This document shows, piece by piece, positions 1 through 10,084 of a stretch of DNA of 64,000 nucleotides. Within the stretch, counting starts at the first letter, position 1. The number at the start of each line of letters is the position of its first letter. Source of the DNA: a virus. Its lineage: Duplodnaviria > Heunggongvirae > Uroviricota > Caudoviricetes. The position numbers and the translations under genes are program-made. Location: the IMG/VR virus record IMGVR_UViG_3300024268_000010. One strand, written 5' to 3'. A model generated the notes under the pieces. It searched no databases and was not told the origin of the DNA. It was given only the letters and a program-made list of their open reading frames with translations.

Positions 1-1000
1 TGAAGGTGCCGGTGGCGCCCTTGATAGGATGAATTCTTGGACAGAAGAAAATGGACCATTTGATATTTTTGCAAACAATGCAACCGAAGATCTGAAAAGT
101 CCATTTGTAAATGGCACAGATGCAGTATATTCATTTGGTCAAAGTGTAAGTGATGCGATGGACACGATGTACACTAATATTCATTCTAATGTCGCAAAAT
201 CACTAGCTGAAATACAAAAGCTTACAACAGAAAGTGAAAAAGTCTATGACACTAATATTCAACCAAATGTTGTTACAAATAACAAAGGTAATCAAACTCA
301 TAATGTAAACAATGTAAGCAAAAAGTACGGTAATATGACAAGTGATGATGTTATGGATTTACAAGATGTATTACGTACTGTATTTGGTGCAAAGATAGAC
401 AATGATGGCAAATATGGCCCAGCAACAAAATCGGCAGTAACTGCGGTGCAACAAAAACTTGGTGTTGAAGATGATGGTTTGTATGGCAAAAATACCAGAG
501 ACGCTATGGAAAAATATATTAAAAACACATGGTTAAAAGAATATGGTGGTTCGAGTATGTACGGAGAAGCAATTCGAGAGATGTTAAGAATACTTCCGTC
601 CTCTTACTATGCAAAGGGCACGATGGGTACAGATAAGAACGAATGGGCAATTACGGACGAACCTTGGCTTGGTGATGAACTTGTTCTTGTTCCAACGGCA
701 CAGGGCAATCTTTCGTATATGAGAAAGGGTACATCAGTAGTACCAGCCGCAATCACTAAAAATTTAGTTGAATGGGGTAAAATGAACCCACACACGATGA
801 ATGCTGGTATTTCTGGCGCAAATGTGAATATGATTAGCAATGCTGTTGTACAACCTAATTATGAATTTACTTTTGATAGTTTGGTACATGTTGATAACTG
901 CGCACAAGATACATTAAAAGATTTAGAAAAACTTGTTGACAACAAGATTAATCAGTTCAGTAGACAACTGAATTATAGTCTAAAGAAGTTTGCAAGATGA
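1..1000 (+). CDS. tail tape-measure protein, C-terminal part, truncated at the window start; contains a PG_binding_1-like peptidoglycan-binding repeat
   Basis: ORF runs to position 1000. A PG-binding-like motif (DVLRTVFGAKIDNDGKYGPATKSAVTAVQQKLGVEDDGLYG) lies just upstream of Dit/Tal-like genes. Confidence 0.5.
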   Translation, partial: EGAGGALDRMNSWTEENGPFDIFANNATEDLKSPFVNGTDAVYSFGQSVSDAMDTMYTNIHSNVAKSLAEIQKLTTESEKVYDTNIQPNVVTNNKGNQTHNVNNVSKKYGNMTSDDVMDLQDVLRTVFGAKIDNDGKYGPATKSAVTAVQQKLGVEDDGLYGKNTRDAMEKYIKNTWLKEYGGSSMYGEAIREMLRILPSSYYAKGTMGTDKNEWAITDEPWLGDELVLVPTAQGNLSYMRKGTSVVPAAITKNLVEWGKMNPHTMNAGISGANVNMISNAVVQPNYEFTFDSLVHVDNCAQDTLKDLEKLVDNKINQFSRQLNYSLKKFAR

Positions 1001-1005
1001 TTAAA

Positions 1006-1035
1006 CAAAGGGGAGTTAATCTCCCCTTTTTGTTA
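1006..1035 (+). terminator. rho-independent terminator
   Basis: aaggggag-ttaa-tctcccctt stem followed by ttttg. Confidence 0.5.
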
Positions 1036-1063
1036 TGTAAAATATTGAAGTAGTTAAGGAGGT

Positions 1064-2020
1064 GTGTGTATGATAAGCGTAAAAGCAATTAAATACAACA
1101 CTTTTAAAAATACAGACTTTGACCTTATTGTAGATGTGGCATTTGATAGCGACAATGGTGAGTCTGATAGTTTTTTAGATAGAGAATCAGTATTATCAGG
1201 AACTTATAATGGAAAATTAAGACATGTTCATAATTATAAATTTACAAATGTGTTTTCTCCAACATTTACATTTATCAAAAAAGATTTTAGCGATGTGACA
1301 GTTAAAGAACAAAAACGAATATTTGCATGGTTAACAAGCAAATCAACACCAAGTTTTTTAACAGCATATGAAGACGACAGTAAAACAATTGCGTTTGAAT
1401 GTCTAGGTGCATTTACCGATGTTAAGCCATATAAGCTTGCAAACAATAGAATAGTTGGATTTACTGCCGTTTTTGAATCCACAATGCCATGGGCACTGTC
1501 TCCTATACGAGAATATAACTATCCAGAAGATATAGAAATTACTATTGGTTCAGATGATTCAGATTCTCCGATTTATCCAAAACTAACAATTGCACAAAGT
1601 AACGTAACATCTGTTGTTGAACTAGATCATGCTTTAACAAACACTGATAAATGGCTTCCAAATACTGTTTATCATTATGGCACAAAGTATTATTGGTTAG
1701 ATTCAAACGGAGAAAAACACGAATCGGAAAAAAATGAATCTGGCATTGATACGACAAGTGTAGTTATTACAAATACAATATATGAAAACGGAATGTTAAA
1801 AACATATGAAACACAAGTTATCAACAATATCGTTGGAGAAACAGTTGTACTTGATGGGCAAAATAAAATTGTTTCAAGTTCCAGAGCAAGTGGTAGAATT
1901 TTTGGAGACGATTTTGATTGGAGTTGGCTGCCATTATTTAATGGATTAAATACTATTTCTGTAATTGGCAACTGTACAATTAAAATTGAGTTTAGAGAGC
2001 CTATAAAAATAGTATCTTAA
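1064..2020 (+). CDS. distal tail protein (Dit-like)
   Basis: 318 aa ORF directly between the tape-measure gene and the large Tal-like gene; RBS aggagg. The call rests on siphophage synteny. Confidence 0.5.
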   Translation: MCMISVKAIKYNTFKNTDFDLIVDVAFDSDNGESDSFLDRESVLSGTYNGKLRHVHNYKFTNVFSPTFTFIKKDFSDVTVKEQKRIFAWLTSKSTPSFLTAYEDDSKTIAFECLGAFTDVKPYKLANNRIVGFTAVFESTMPWALSPIREYNYPEDIEITIGSDDSDSPIYPKLTIAQSNVTSVVELDHALTNTDKWLPNTVYHYGTKYYWLDSNGEKHESEKNESGIDTTSVVITNTIYENGMLKTYETQVINNIVGETVVLDGQNKIVSSSRASGRIFGDDFDWSWLPLFNGLNTISVIGNCTIKIEFREPIKIVS

Positions 2021-2080
2021 TAAAAGGTGCAATATGTTAAAAGAAACAATTAATAATGTAGTAGTTATAAAGGAGGTAGC

Positions 2081-5000
2081 GTGATGTTACTTTCAATTCC
2101 AAAGGATTATTTTGATAATCCAACACCACCTCGCTTATTTTTGTGTACGACAAACGGTAAGCGAATACAAGAATTAAATTATTATGATGGTTCCATAAAT
2201 GCAAAATGGAATACATACAGTGAATTGCAATTTTCTATTGATAGAACGTATATTGATGTGCTTAATGGTATTATTAAAACTCACCCATCATTTGGTAAAG
2301 CAGAATCATTACGACTTATAGAGGTTGAAGGTTTAGGGTTCTTTATACTACAAGACAGTGATGATTCTTATTCAGATAAAGATTCTAAATCGTTGTCTGC
2401 TTTTAGTCTTGATTACTCTTTAAGTTCTAAATACATAGAGCATTTTTTAATTAACAAAGGTAGTGAAGATTCAAAAGAGGTTATTTATCTTTCTACGATT
2501 TATGGGGATGGATATACTATTGATACAAATAATCTTTATAAACTTGCAACTGGAGATTATAATGCATATCAAGATTATTATATGTGTACTATTGAGAATA
2601 TTAAAAAATATGAACAAGTACAAGTTCAAGAATCAGATTATAATGCCTATATTGAAAAGAACATCGATCCAACATCTCAACCGTATGAAAGACTTTATGT
2701 CAAATCTTATCCAAATGTTAGCTTTTATAATCCTGCAATTCCAGAACTCAGCCTTTTGCATTTAATTATGAATTATGCACCAGACTGGTCTATTGGAAAT
2801 GTTGATACGATTTTGTGGAGAAAAGAACGTTCGTTTGAAATAGATAGAATTGATGTATACTCAATACTAACAAACGATATCGTAGATACATTTAAGTGTG
2901 TTGTTGAATTCGATATCCGTAATAAAAAAGTCAATTTTTACGAAGAAGCAGATGATGGGCTTACAGATGACGGCAAAGTTTTAACACGATGGGATACTGA
3001 TATTTATATTTCTCGTGATAACCTTGCTAACGAAGTAAATATTAAAGTATCTGGCGATAACATTAAAACCAAACTTAAAATTAGTGGCGGTGATAATATT
3101 GATATTTCCGAAGTTAACCTAGGGAAAAGCTATATTATGAATCTTGATTATTATCATAACGCAGATTGGATGGAACAAGATTTAATTGAGGCTTATAATG
3201 ATTATCTTGAGGCACAAGAAAAATACTCACAACCTTATGAAGATGCAGTACAACATGTTCTGTCTGCGCAAGAAAAATATAATGATTTATTATATGGTGT
3301 CGCAGCAGAAACAAATGTATTATTGATAGATGATATATTTAAGAAACTATTTTGTCTATATGAACCAATCAACAATGCCTATTGCAACATTACAATTACA
3401 AATGACGTGAGCGTAGTTAATGATTTGTATTCTACAGAAAAATTTGAAACCAATGCTTATATTATAAATAAAAACAGTTTAAATGATAAACAAATTTTTT
3501 GTGTACAAGGATATTGTTTTGTATATGATAGCAAAAGTAAGCAATTTGTAAATCAAGGTTCAATGTTAACTTATAATGAAAAAGCATTGTTTAAAAAATT
3601 GGCACTATATCATGTAAATGAGGATACAGACGCAAATGCTGGTGATAATATTTTGCTTACCTTAAAACATCCAGAAGGACATGAGGTAACAATTCGTATT
3701 TATAATACATACGAGATATACGAAGAGGATGTATATAACGACAAATACAACTATTATATAAAAAATGACAATGATACATATACAGAGGTAACAATAACAG
3801 ATGACAATTTTGCCAGTTATGCTGAGTTGCATATTCCACATTACAAGATTAAATGTATAAAAATTGACGCTAGTTACGGCTCGCAAGCACCAGTTGATTA
3901 TGAAATGTCACAATGGATTAGTGGACAACTTACAGATGAAGTGATGGGCGTAAAAGATTATTCAGTTGCTTCCATTGGTACTATGGGAGCATATTTAGTG
4001 CTTGCAAAAGATGAGAAAAAAGAAGAAAATATTGAAGATTATGGAATCCAACAATTACAAGGAAAATATGATGTATATTTAGAATTATTTTTAACACAAA
4101 CTCAAAATATGTTGTCTGCTGATGGTAAATCTTGTATCGCCACAGATGAAGAGCCTACTGGTAATTATATTGACGGCACACGTTGGTTAGATACAAATAG
4201 TAAGCCAGTTGTTTTAAGAGAATATTCAAATGGCTCATGGCAAAATATCACTAGTGCTGATTATTCACAAAAAAAGAGCGACGCGGAGAATTATGCTCGC
4301 TATACCGATAATTACGACAAAATGATTGTAGCACAAGAAATGCTTGTAAAAAAAAAGAAAGAAGCAGAATACTTAAAGAGTGGATATTCGGTTTCTGGAT
4401 TTAATAATATATTAGATACAACAAACGGATCGTCATTAGAGGGCAATATGCACCGAGTTGCATATAAACATTTTAATACACCTGCAGCAACTTATTATAC
4501 ATTTGAGGAGTTAAAAGTCTCTTATCCAAACGGTGCAACAGATGGTGTATATAAAGTTGGTGATGATTTATATGTGTGGAATAAAACAAGCAATGCTTGG
4601 GTTAAGGGTGAATATACAATAGTTAGAACATCTCTTGATAGCGTGTTGCCATTATATACATTCACAACATCTTATGATCCAATTGCCTATACACCAAACC
4701 TTGATCCGTATAATTCAAAAACACAATATTATGTACAGGGAGATATTCCAACTGTATATACGCTTAAAGAAATAGCAGACATTAATGAGTTTAATGAATA
4801 TGACGCAAGTGATAGTTCTAAAGTTTTATATGTTCAGACCGGACATGAATATGCAGTATATTTGCGTGGCAATACACCGTATGTTGCATATAAAGATTCA
4901 GAGGGAGTATGGCAAACAAAAAGAGAATATATTAGCCAGCAAACAGACATCGAAGCATTTTTAAGCAAAGACCAAATGATTCGTCTTTCTCCGTTAATTA

Positions 5001-6208
5001 GAGAAGATGTATATGAAGACTCAAATTTCTTTTTTACAACTTATGAATCAAAAGAAGAGGAAATAAAAATTCTTAAAGAATTAATGGAAAATGCGACAAA
5101 AGAATTAAAAACACTTTCACAGCCTAGTTTTGAATTCTCAATGACAATGGCAAATATTTTGGCTTTACCAGAGTTTACGCCAATTGTTTCACAGTTTACT
5201 CTTGGCAATTTTATTCGTATTGAATTATTACCAGGTGTTGTTAAACGTTCTAGACTTCTTGAATGTAATATTGGATTGAATGATTTTTCTGATTTTTCAT
5301 GTACATTCGGTAATCTTGTAACTACAAAATCTGAAATTGATTTACATGCCGAATTATTAAAACAAGCAGTTACTGCCGGCAAACAAGTTGCTGCTGCAAA
5401 GGGTACATATCAAGCAACAGTAGATACCGTTAATAAACTTGAAAATAGCATTGCTAATGGGCTACAAGATATTACCTTGAGAGTTGGTGCTGGTACAGGA
5501 CAGGCTATATCGATGGATAGTTCTGGTATGCACTTTAGAAAATACAAGCCTGGTTCCACGACAGAGTATGAACCAGAAGAAATGGCGATTATTAACAATG
5601 CTCTTGTTGCTACTAATGACTCATGGAAAACATCAAAAGCAGCGTTTGGTAAATATACTGTTGATGGTGTTGAAAGATGGGGGCCAATTGCAGAATATGT
5701 CACAGCAAACATTCTTGAAGGTAAAATGATAAAAGGTGGCGCAATTCAAATTGGTGACGAAAATCTTGCCGGTGGAAATCTGTTTAAGGTTAAAGAGGAT
5801 GGTAGTGTTGAAATTATATCTAATGGTGTGGAAAAGTATGCATACAAATCAGGATTAGATGAAATTCAAGCCGCATATCAGTATTCAATTGAATTAGTAT
5901 ACAATGGCTCTACGGTATTCAGTTCTACTAATGCAAATACTATTGTTACAGCAGTAGTAAAAGATTATGGTGTTGATATTACGCATAAATTACCGGTTGG
6001 AACAACTTTTAAGTGGTTACGAGGTGGGGATGTATACAAAACAACGACAATAACAGATGGCAATAAACCATTAGAAGATACTGTTAATACAAATATAAAT
6101 GCTCTTACAGCAAATCAAATTAATATAACGCATACAGATATCGAAGGAAACTCATTTTTCTCATGTCAAGTTGACTTTGATGAAACACAAATTCAGAAAG
6201 GAGAGTGA
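2081..6208 (+). CDS. tail-associated large structural protein (Tal / minor structural protein)
   Basis: 1375 aa, follows Dit, RBS aggagg; typical size and position for a siphophage Tal. Confidence 0.55.
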   Translation: MMLLSIPKDYFDNPTPPRLFLCTTNGKRIQELNYYDGSINAKWNTYSELQFSIDRTYIDVLNGIIKTHPSFGKAESLRLIEVEGLGFFILQDSDDSYSDKDSKSLSAFSLDYSLSSKYIEHFLINKGSEDSKEVIYLSTIYGDGYTIDTNNLYKLATGDYNAYQDYYMCTIENIKKYEQVQVQESDYNAYIEKNIDPTSQPYERLYVKSYPNVSFYNPAIPELSLLHLIMNYAPDWSIGNVDTILWRKERSFEIDRIDVYSILTNDIVDTFKCVVEFDIRNKKVNFYEEADDGLTDDGKVLTRWDTDIYISRDNLANEVNIKVSGDNIKTKLKISGGDNIDISEVNLGKSYIMNLDYYHNADWMEQDLIEAYNDYLEAQEKYSQPYEDAVQHVLSAQEKYNDLLYGVAAETNVLLIDDIFKKLFCLYEPINNAYCNITITNDVSVVNDLYSTEKFETNAYIINKNSLNDKQIFCVQGYCFVYDSKSKQFVNQGSMLTYNEKALFKKLALYHVNEDTDANAGDNILLTLKHPEGHEVTIRIYNTYEIYEEDVYNDKYNYYIKNDNDTYTEVTITDDNFASYAELHIPHYKIKCIKIDASYGSQAPVDYEMSQWISGQLTDEVMGVKDYSVASIGTMGAYLVLAKDEKKEENIEDYGIQQLQGKYDVYLELFLTQTQNMLSADGKSCIATDEEPTGNYIDGTRWLDTNSKPVVLREYSNGSWQNITSADYSQKKSDAENYARYTDNYDKMIVAQEMLVKKKKEAEYLKSGYSVSGFNNILDTTNGSSLEGNMHRVAYKHFNTPAATYYTFEELKVSYPNGATDGVYKVGDDLYVWNKTSNAWVKGEYTIVRTSLDSVLPLYTFTTSYDPIAYTPNLDPYNSKTQYYVQGDIPTVYTLKEIADINEFNEYDASDSSKVLYVQTGHEYAVYLRGNTPYVAYKDSEGVWQTKREYISQQTDIEAFLSKDQMIRLSPLIREDVYEDSNFFFTTYESKEEEIKILKELMENATKELKTLSQPSFEFSMTMANILALPEFTPIVSQFTLGNFIRIELLPGVVKRSRLLECNIGLNDFSDFSCTFGNLVTTKSEIDLHAELLKQAVTAGKQVAAAKGTYQATVDTVNKLENSIANGLQDITLRVGAGTGQAISMDSSGMHFRKYKPGSTTEYEPEEMAIINNALVATNDSWKTSKAAFGKYTVDGVERWGPIAEYVTANILEGKMIKGGAIQIGDENLAGGNLFKVKEDGSVEIISNGVEKYAYKSGLDEIQAAYQYSIELVYNGSTVFSSTNANTIVTAVVKDYGVDITHKLPVGTTFKWLRGGDVYKTTTITDGNKPLEDTVNTNINALTANQINITHTDIEGNSFFSCQVDFDETQIQKGE

Positions 6209-9200
6209 TTATTGTGGCAAAAACAATACATTCTGGCCCATTAACATTTATAGATTTAACGGATACAAAAAAAGTAGACGTGCACATTTTAAGCAATTTA
6301 CCTACGATACAAATATATAATGCAAATACAAACCCAATAACATACTCTCCAGACTGGACGAAGACTCCATTAAAATTAACATTGACTGCATATGCAGATA
6401 GTACTAATATTACAAATATCTTAAGTTCTGACGATATTACATGGTATAAGCAAATTGGTAGTGACGAGCCTGCAAAGATGCAAAGCGGTGGAACAGAATT
6501 AACAATTTCATCAAATGCTCTGCAATTTAATGGTGTTATTTCATATATATGTCAGATTAAATATAATAATAAGACATTTGAAAATAAAATAACATTTGCT
6601 CGTACAGACACTGGATTAAATGGCACAGACGGTACATCAATTACAATTAAGGGCGTTGCTTATTTTTACAGTACATTAACTGATAATTATATTGGCTCAT
6701 TGATTAGTTTAAGATATGAAAACGGTAATATTCTTGATACGACAGGGTTGTCGGAAGGTGATTCATATGTGGTTCAAGGATATCTGTGTACATATAGTAA
6801 TAAAGACGGCAAATTTATTTGCGTTGGTAGACTTCAAGGTCAAAAAGGCGAAGACGCAAAAGGTATTATTTTAACTGGAACTTCTCAGGTTTTCAAGGTT
6901 ACAAATAATGCAATTTCTCCATCAGAAATCGTTATAGCTGCTTCAAAAATTAATTTTACTGAAGCAATAGAATGGTCATACAGATTTAGCGACGACAAAG
7001 AATTTACTATTCTTGATCAAAACAAAGATTATATTACAGCAGACACTGATACGAAAATTAGAATTATTGGCGAAAAATTACCATCGGATGTAATTACAAT
7101 TAAAGCAAAAGAAAAAAACGGTTCAATAGAAGATGTGTTTACGGTTTATAAAGCTATAGACGGAAATAATGGCGATAAAGGCGATTCTGCTTCTATAGCT
7201 TTTTTAACTAATGAAAATATCACTTTTGCAGCAAATTCAAACGGTGAAGTAACCGCAACCAAAGTTGACACGCATATTGTGGCTTATAATGGTACTAAAA
7301 AAGTCATGCCAGTTGTTGGGGCAATAGATAATAGTTTATTACCAAACGGAATGACAGTATCGGTTGATTCTACAACATATGCAGAATTAACACAAGAAGT
7401 TGTATTGACGGTAAATGTTGCAGCAAATAAAAATCTCGGATCTACGTCGAGCAACCATGGAACTATATCTATTCCCATCACTTATCCAGTAGAAACCTCA
7501 TTATTGTTAAGTTGGAGTAAAATCAATTCTGGTTCAGACGGGAAAGAGGGTGTTGGCATTGATTATGTTGAGATTAAATATGGCACCTCTCAAACAATTG
7601 ATTCACCTCCAATATCATGGGAAAATAATGTGTCTGATGTAGTAGTTCCAGATGGACATTATTTGTGGACTCGTACAAAAATTGATTACACTGATTCATC
7701 AAAAGAAGATACCATTACTTACACATATACAAAACAAGGAGAAAAAGGTAGCTCAGGCGATTCTATTAATGTTCAAAAAGTAGAATATTGTGCATATGAT
7801 AAGGCAACAGTGCCTCCTACTAACTGGTCTGATACAATAGTTGGAACCAGTGCTTCAAACCCATATTTATGGACAAAAACTACATTTTCAGATGGCGAAT
7901 ATGCATATAGTGTTGCTAGATATGGTTTAGACGGAGCCAAAGGTGATAAAGGAGACCAAGGCGATGACGGTGTTGGAATTGCTTCAACCACGGTTACCTA
8001 TGGTGTATCTGATTCTTCATCTACTCAACCAGCATCATGGCAGAACACAATACCTACAGTTGCCGACGGCAAATATCTATGGACTCGTACGGTTATAGAC
8101 TATACCGATACGACAAGAGCAGATACGGTTTCATACACATATGCGAAACAAGGAACCAAAGGCTCCACTGGTTCTGCTGGTAGCTCTGTAACCGTTTCTT
8201 CTATTCAATATCAAGCTGGCACTTCTGCTACAACTGCACCAACTGGCACATGGTCAAATAGTGTGGTTTCTGTGGCAGAAGGTAATTATCTTTGGACAAA
8301 AACTACATTTTCGGATGGCAAAACCGCTTATGGTGTTGCCAAGCAAGGAAAAAGTGGTTCTAGTGCATCACTTGTAGATATTACGCCATCGGCGCATTAT
8401 TTTAAGTCTACAACTGGTAAAGATGGTACATTTACACCAGATTATATTTATCTGTATCCAAGATTTCAAACTGTTACATTCAGTAAGTGGCAATATTCTG
8501 TAAATGGTGGTACAACATGGGTTGACGCTTCTGGGGCAAACGGTCTGAATGTAGGTGAGTATAGTTCTGTTAAAAACACATTACGCATATCAAAAACATC
8601 AACTTTGTATACCGACACAGTTACTTCTATTTCATTTAGATGTGTAAGTTCAAATACAGCGGTATATGACACTGTTACTATTGCAAAAATTTACGATGTT
8701 GTGGATTTGGAACTTGGTGTAACATTTCAATTGTATGCTCCAAAAGGATGTTTAATCACAAATGAAATTCCAGAAGTTACATTGCAGACATTTGCACATG
8801 AGGGCAGTAAAGAAATTGCCAATGCTACATTTAAGTGGTATAGTTGGTCTGGTGAAAATTGGACAGAAGTTAATAATTCCACAACCACTTCGTTAGTTGT
8901 TAACAAAAATCATGTTTTGAAATCTAATGTATACAAATGTGAAATGACTTATAACGGGAAGATTTATGAAGCAACTGCAACAGTAGAAGACAAAACAGAT
9001 GTGTATGAATCGTTAATAAGAGTAACAGCAAAGCACACATCAAATAATGGGATTTATTGGATACTTTATGCAACCGTATATTCTGAGGAAGGAGAAAGGG
9101 ATGCATTGCTTGGCCCAGTTAGTGAAACTGCCCCGGCAAGTCCTGTAACTGGTGCATATTGGTATCAAATTGACAAAAACAATTATTCGATTATTTTAAA

Positions 9201-10071
9201 AAAATATTCTGGTACAGCATGGGTTACATCCACAGACAAACAAGAATTATTGTATGATTGGTTGTTATTTAAGGACATAACAAATATGGTGTCACTTGGA
9301 GATAAAAGTAAAGTAAAAATTGTTAAGAGTGGTGACTTTGTAAACACATGCAATGTTCAATGCAACATATTTGATACAGAAAATAATGTATTATCACGCA
9401 ACAACCAGGTGCTAAATGATCCAACAGACCCTATTGTTTCAGAAACTGCACCTGAAAATCCTATTGATGGTCAAATATGGATTCAGATTAGTGAAAATAG
9501 TAGTTATATCCTTTCTGTTTGGAACGCTGGGCTTAATAAATGGATTTTGTCAAGTGCTGATACTCAGAACAAAGTGTATGTAACTAAACCGTCGCAATAC
9601 AATGTTGGTGACTTGTGGATTGTTGATAGCAATTATTCGCCAACTGCATATGAAAATGGTGTAATGAAAGACTACAAACATCCAGAAAAGACAATGCTTA
9701 AAGCAATCGCAACATCACAAATATATAGTGACGCACATTGGGTAGAGGCATTAAAATATCAAAAAGAATTAGACGGAGTTGTCGAAGATGTAGAGAAGTT
9801 TAAGCAATTCATTTCTATCGATGATACTGGTCTAATTCTGCAAGCAAAAGGTGCAAATAACACAATTAGTGACTTTAAGACTATATTAACCAATACAGAG
9901 CTTGGATTTTATCAAGGTTCTACCAGGGTGGCGTATATTAACAATAATCAGCTTAATATTTCCAAGGCAGAAATCACCAATGGTCTTACTGTCAGTGGTA
10001 CTACACCCACATTTAAAATTGGTAATTTTACATTTATACAAGAAAGTAATGGAAGCTTAAGTATCGGATAA
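6205..10071 (+). CDS. tail fibre / structural protein with collagen-like Gly-X-Y stretches
   Basis: 1288 aa; GDKGDQGDDG and GEKGSSG triplet repeats plus repeated 'YLWT(R/K)T...DYTD' modules; ATGA overlap with the upstream gene. Confidence 0.5.
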   Translation: MIIVAKTIHSGPLTFIDLTDTKKVDVHILSNLPTIQIYNANTNPITYSPDWTKTPLKLTLTAYADSTNITNILSSDDITWYKQIGSDEPAKMQSGGTELTISSNALQFNGVISYICQIKYNNKTFENKITFARTDTGLNGTDGTSITIKGVAYFYSTLTDNYIGSLISLRYENGNILDTTGLSEGDSYVVQGYLCTYSNKDGKFICVGRLQGQKGEDAKGIILTGTSQVFKVTNNAISPSEIVIAASKINFTEAIEWSYRFSDDKEFTILDQNKDYITADTDTKIRIIGEKLPSDVITIKAKEKNGSIEDVFTVYKAIDGNNGDKGDSASIAFLTNENITFAANSNGEVTATKVDTHIVAYNGTKKVMPVVGAIDNSLLPNGMTVSVDSTTYAELTQEVVLTVNVAANKNLGSTSSNHGTISIPITYPVETSLLLSWSKINSGSDGKEGVGIDYVEIKYGTSQTIDSPPISWENNVSDVVVPDGHYLWTRTKIDYTDSSKEDTITYTYTKQGEKGSSGDSINVQKVEYCAYDKATVPPTNWSDTIVGTSASNPYLWTKTTFSDGEYAYSVARYGLDGAKGDKGDQGDDGVGIASTTVTYGVSDSSSTQPASWQNTIPTVADGKYLWTRTVIDYTDTTRADTVSYTYAKQGTKGSTGSAGSSVTVSSIQYQAGTSATTAPTGTWSNSVVSVAEGNYLWTKTTFSDGKTAYGVAKQGKSGSSASLVDITPSAHYFKSTTGKDGTFTPDYIYLYPRFQTVTFSKWQYSVNGGTTWVDASGANGLNVGEYSSVKNTLRISKTSTLYTDTVTSISFRCVSSNTAVYDTVTIAKIYDVVDLELGVTFQLYAPKGCLITNEIPEVTLQTFAHEGSKEIANATFKWYSWSGENWTEVNNSTTTSLVVNKNHVLKSNVYKCEMTYNGKIYEATATVEDKTDVYESLIRVTAKHTSNNGIYWILYATVYSEEGERDALLGPVSETAPASPVTGAYWYQIDKNNYSIILKKYSGTAWVTSTDKQELLYDWLLFKDITNMVSLGDKSKVKIVKSGDFVNTCNVQCNIFDTENNVLSRNNQVLNDPTDPIVSETAPENPIDGQIWIQISENSSYILSVWNAGLNKWILSSADTQNKVYVTKPSQYNVGDLWIVDSNYSPTAYENGVMKDYKHPEKTMLKAIATSQIYSDAHWVEALKYQKELDGVVEDVEKFKQFISIDDTGLILQAKGANNTISDFKTILTNTELGFYQGSTRVAYINNNQLNISKAEITNGLTVSGTTPTFKIGNFTFIQESNGSLSIG

Positions 10072-10084
10072 GGAGGGATGACAC

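Noticed and set aside
2463-2765. 100-aa + strand ORF in an alternative frame inside the Tal gene
   Set aside because: Lies wholly inside a 1375-aa ORF, has low-complexity Ile/Leu-rich content and no RBS; an AT-rich frame artefact.
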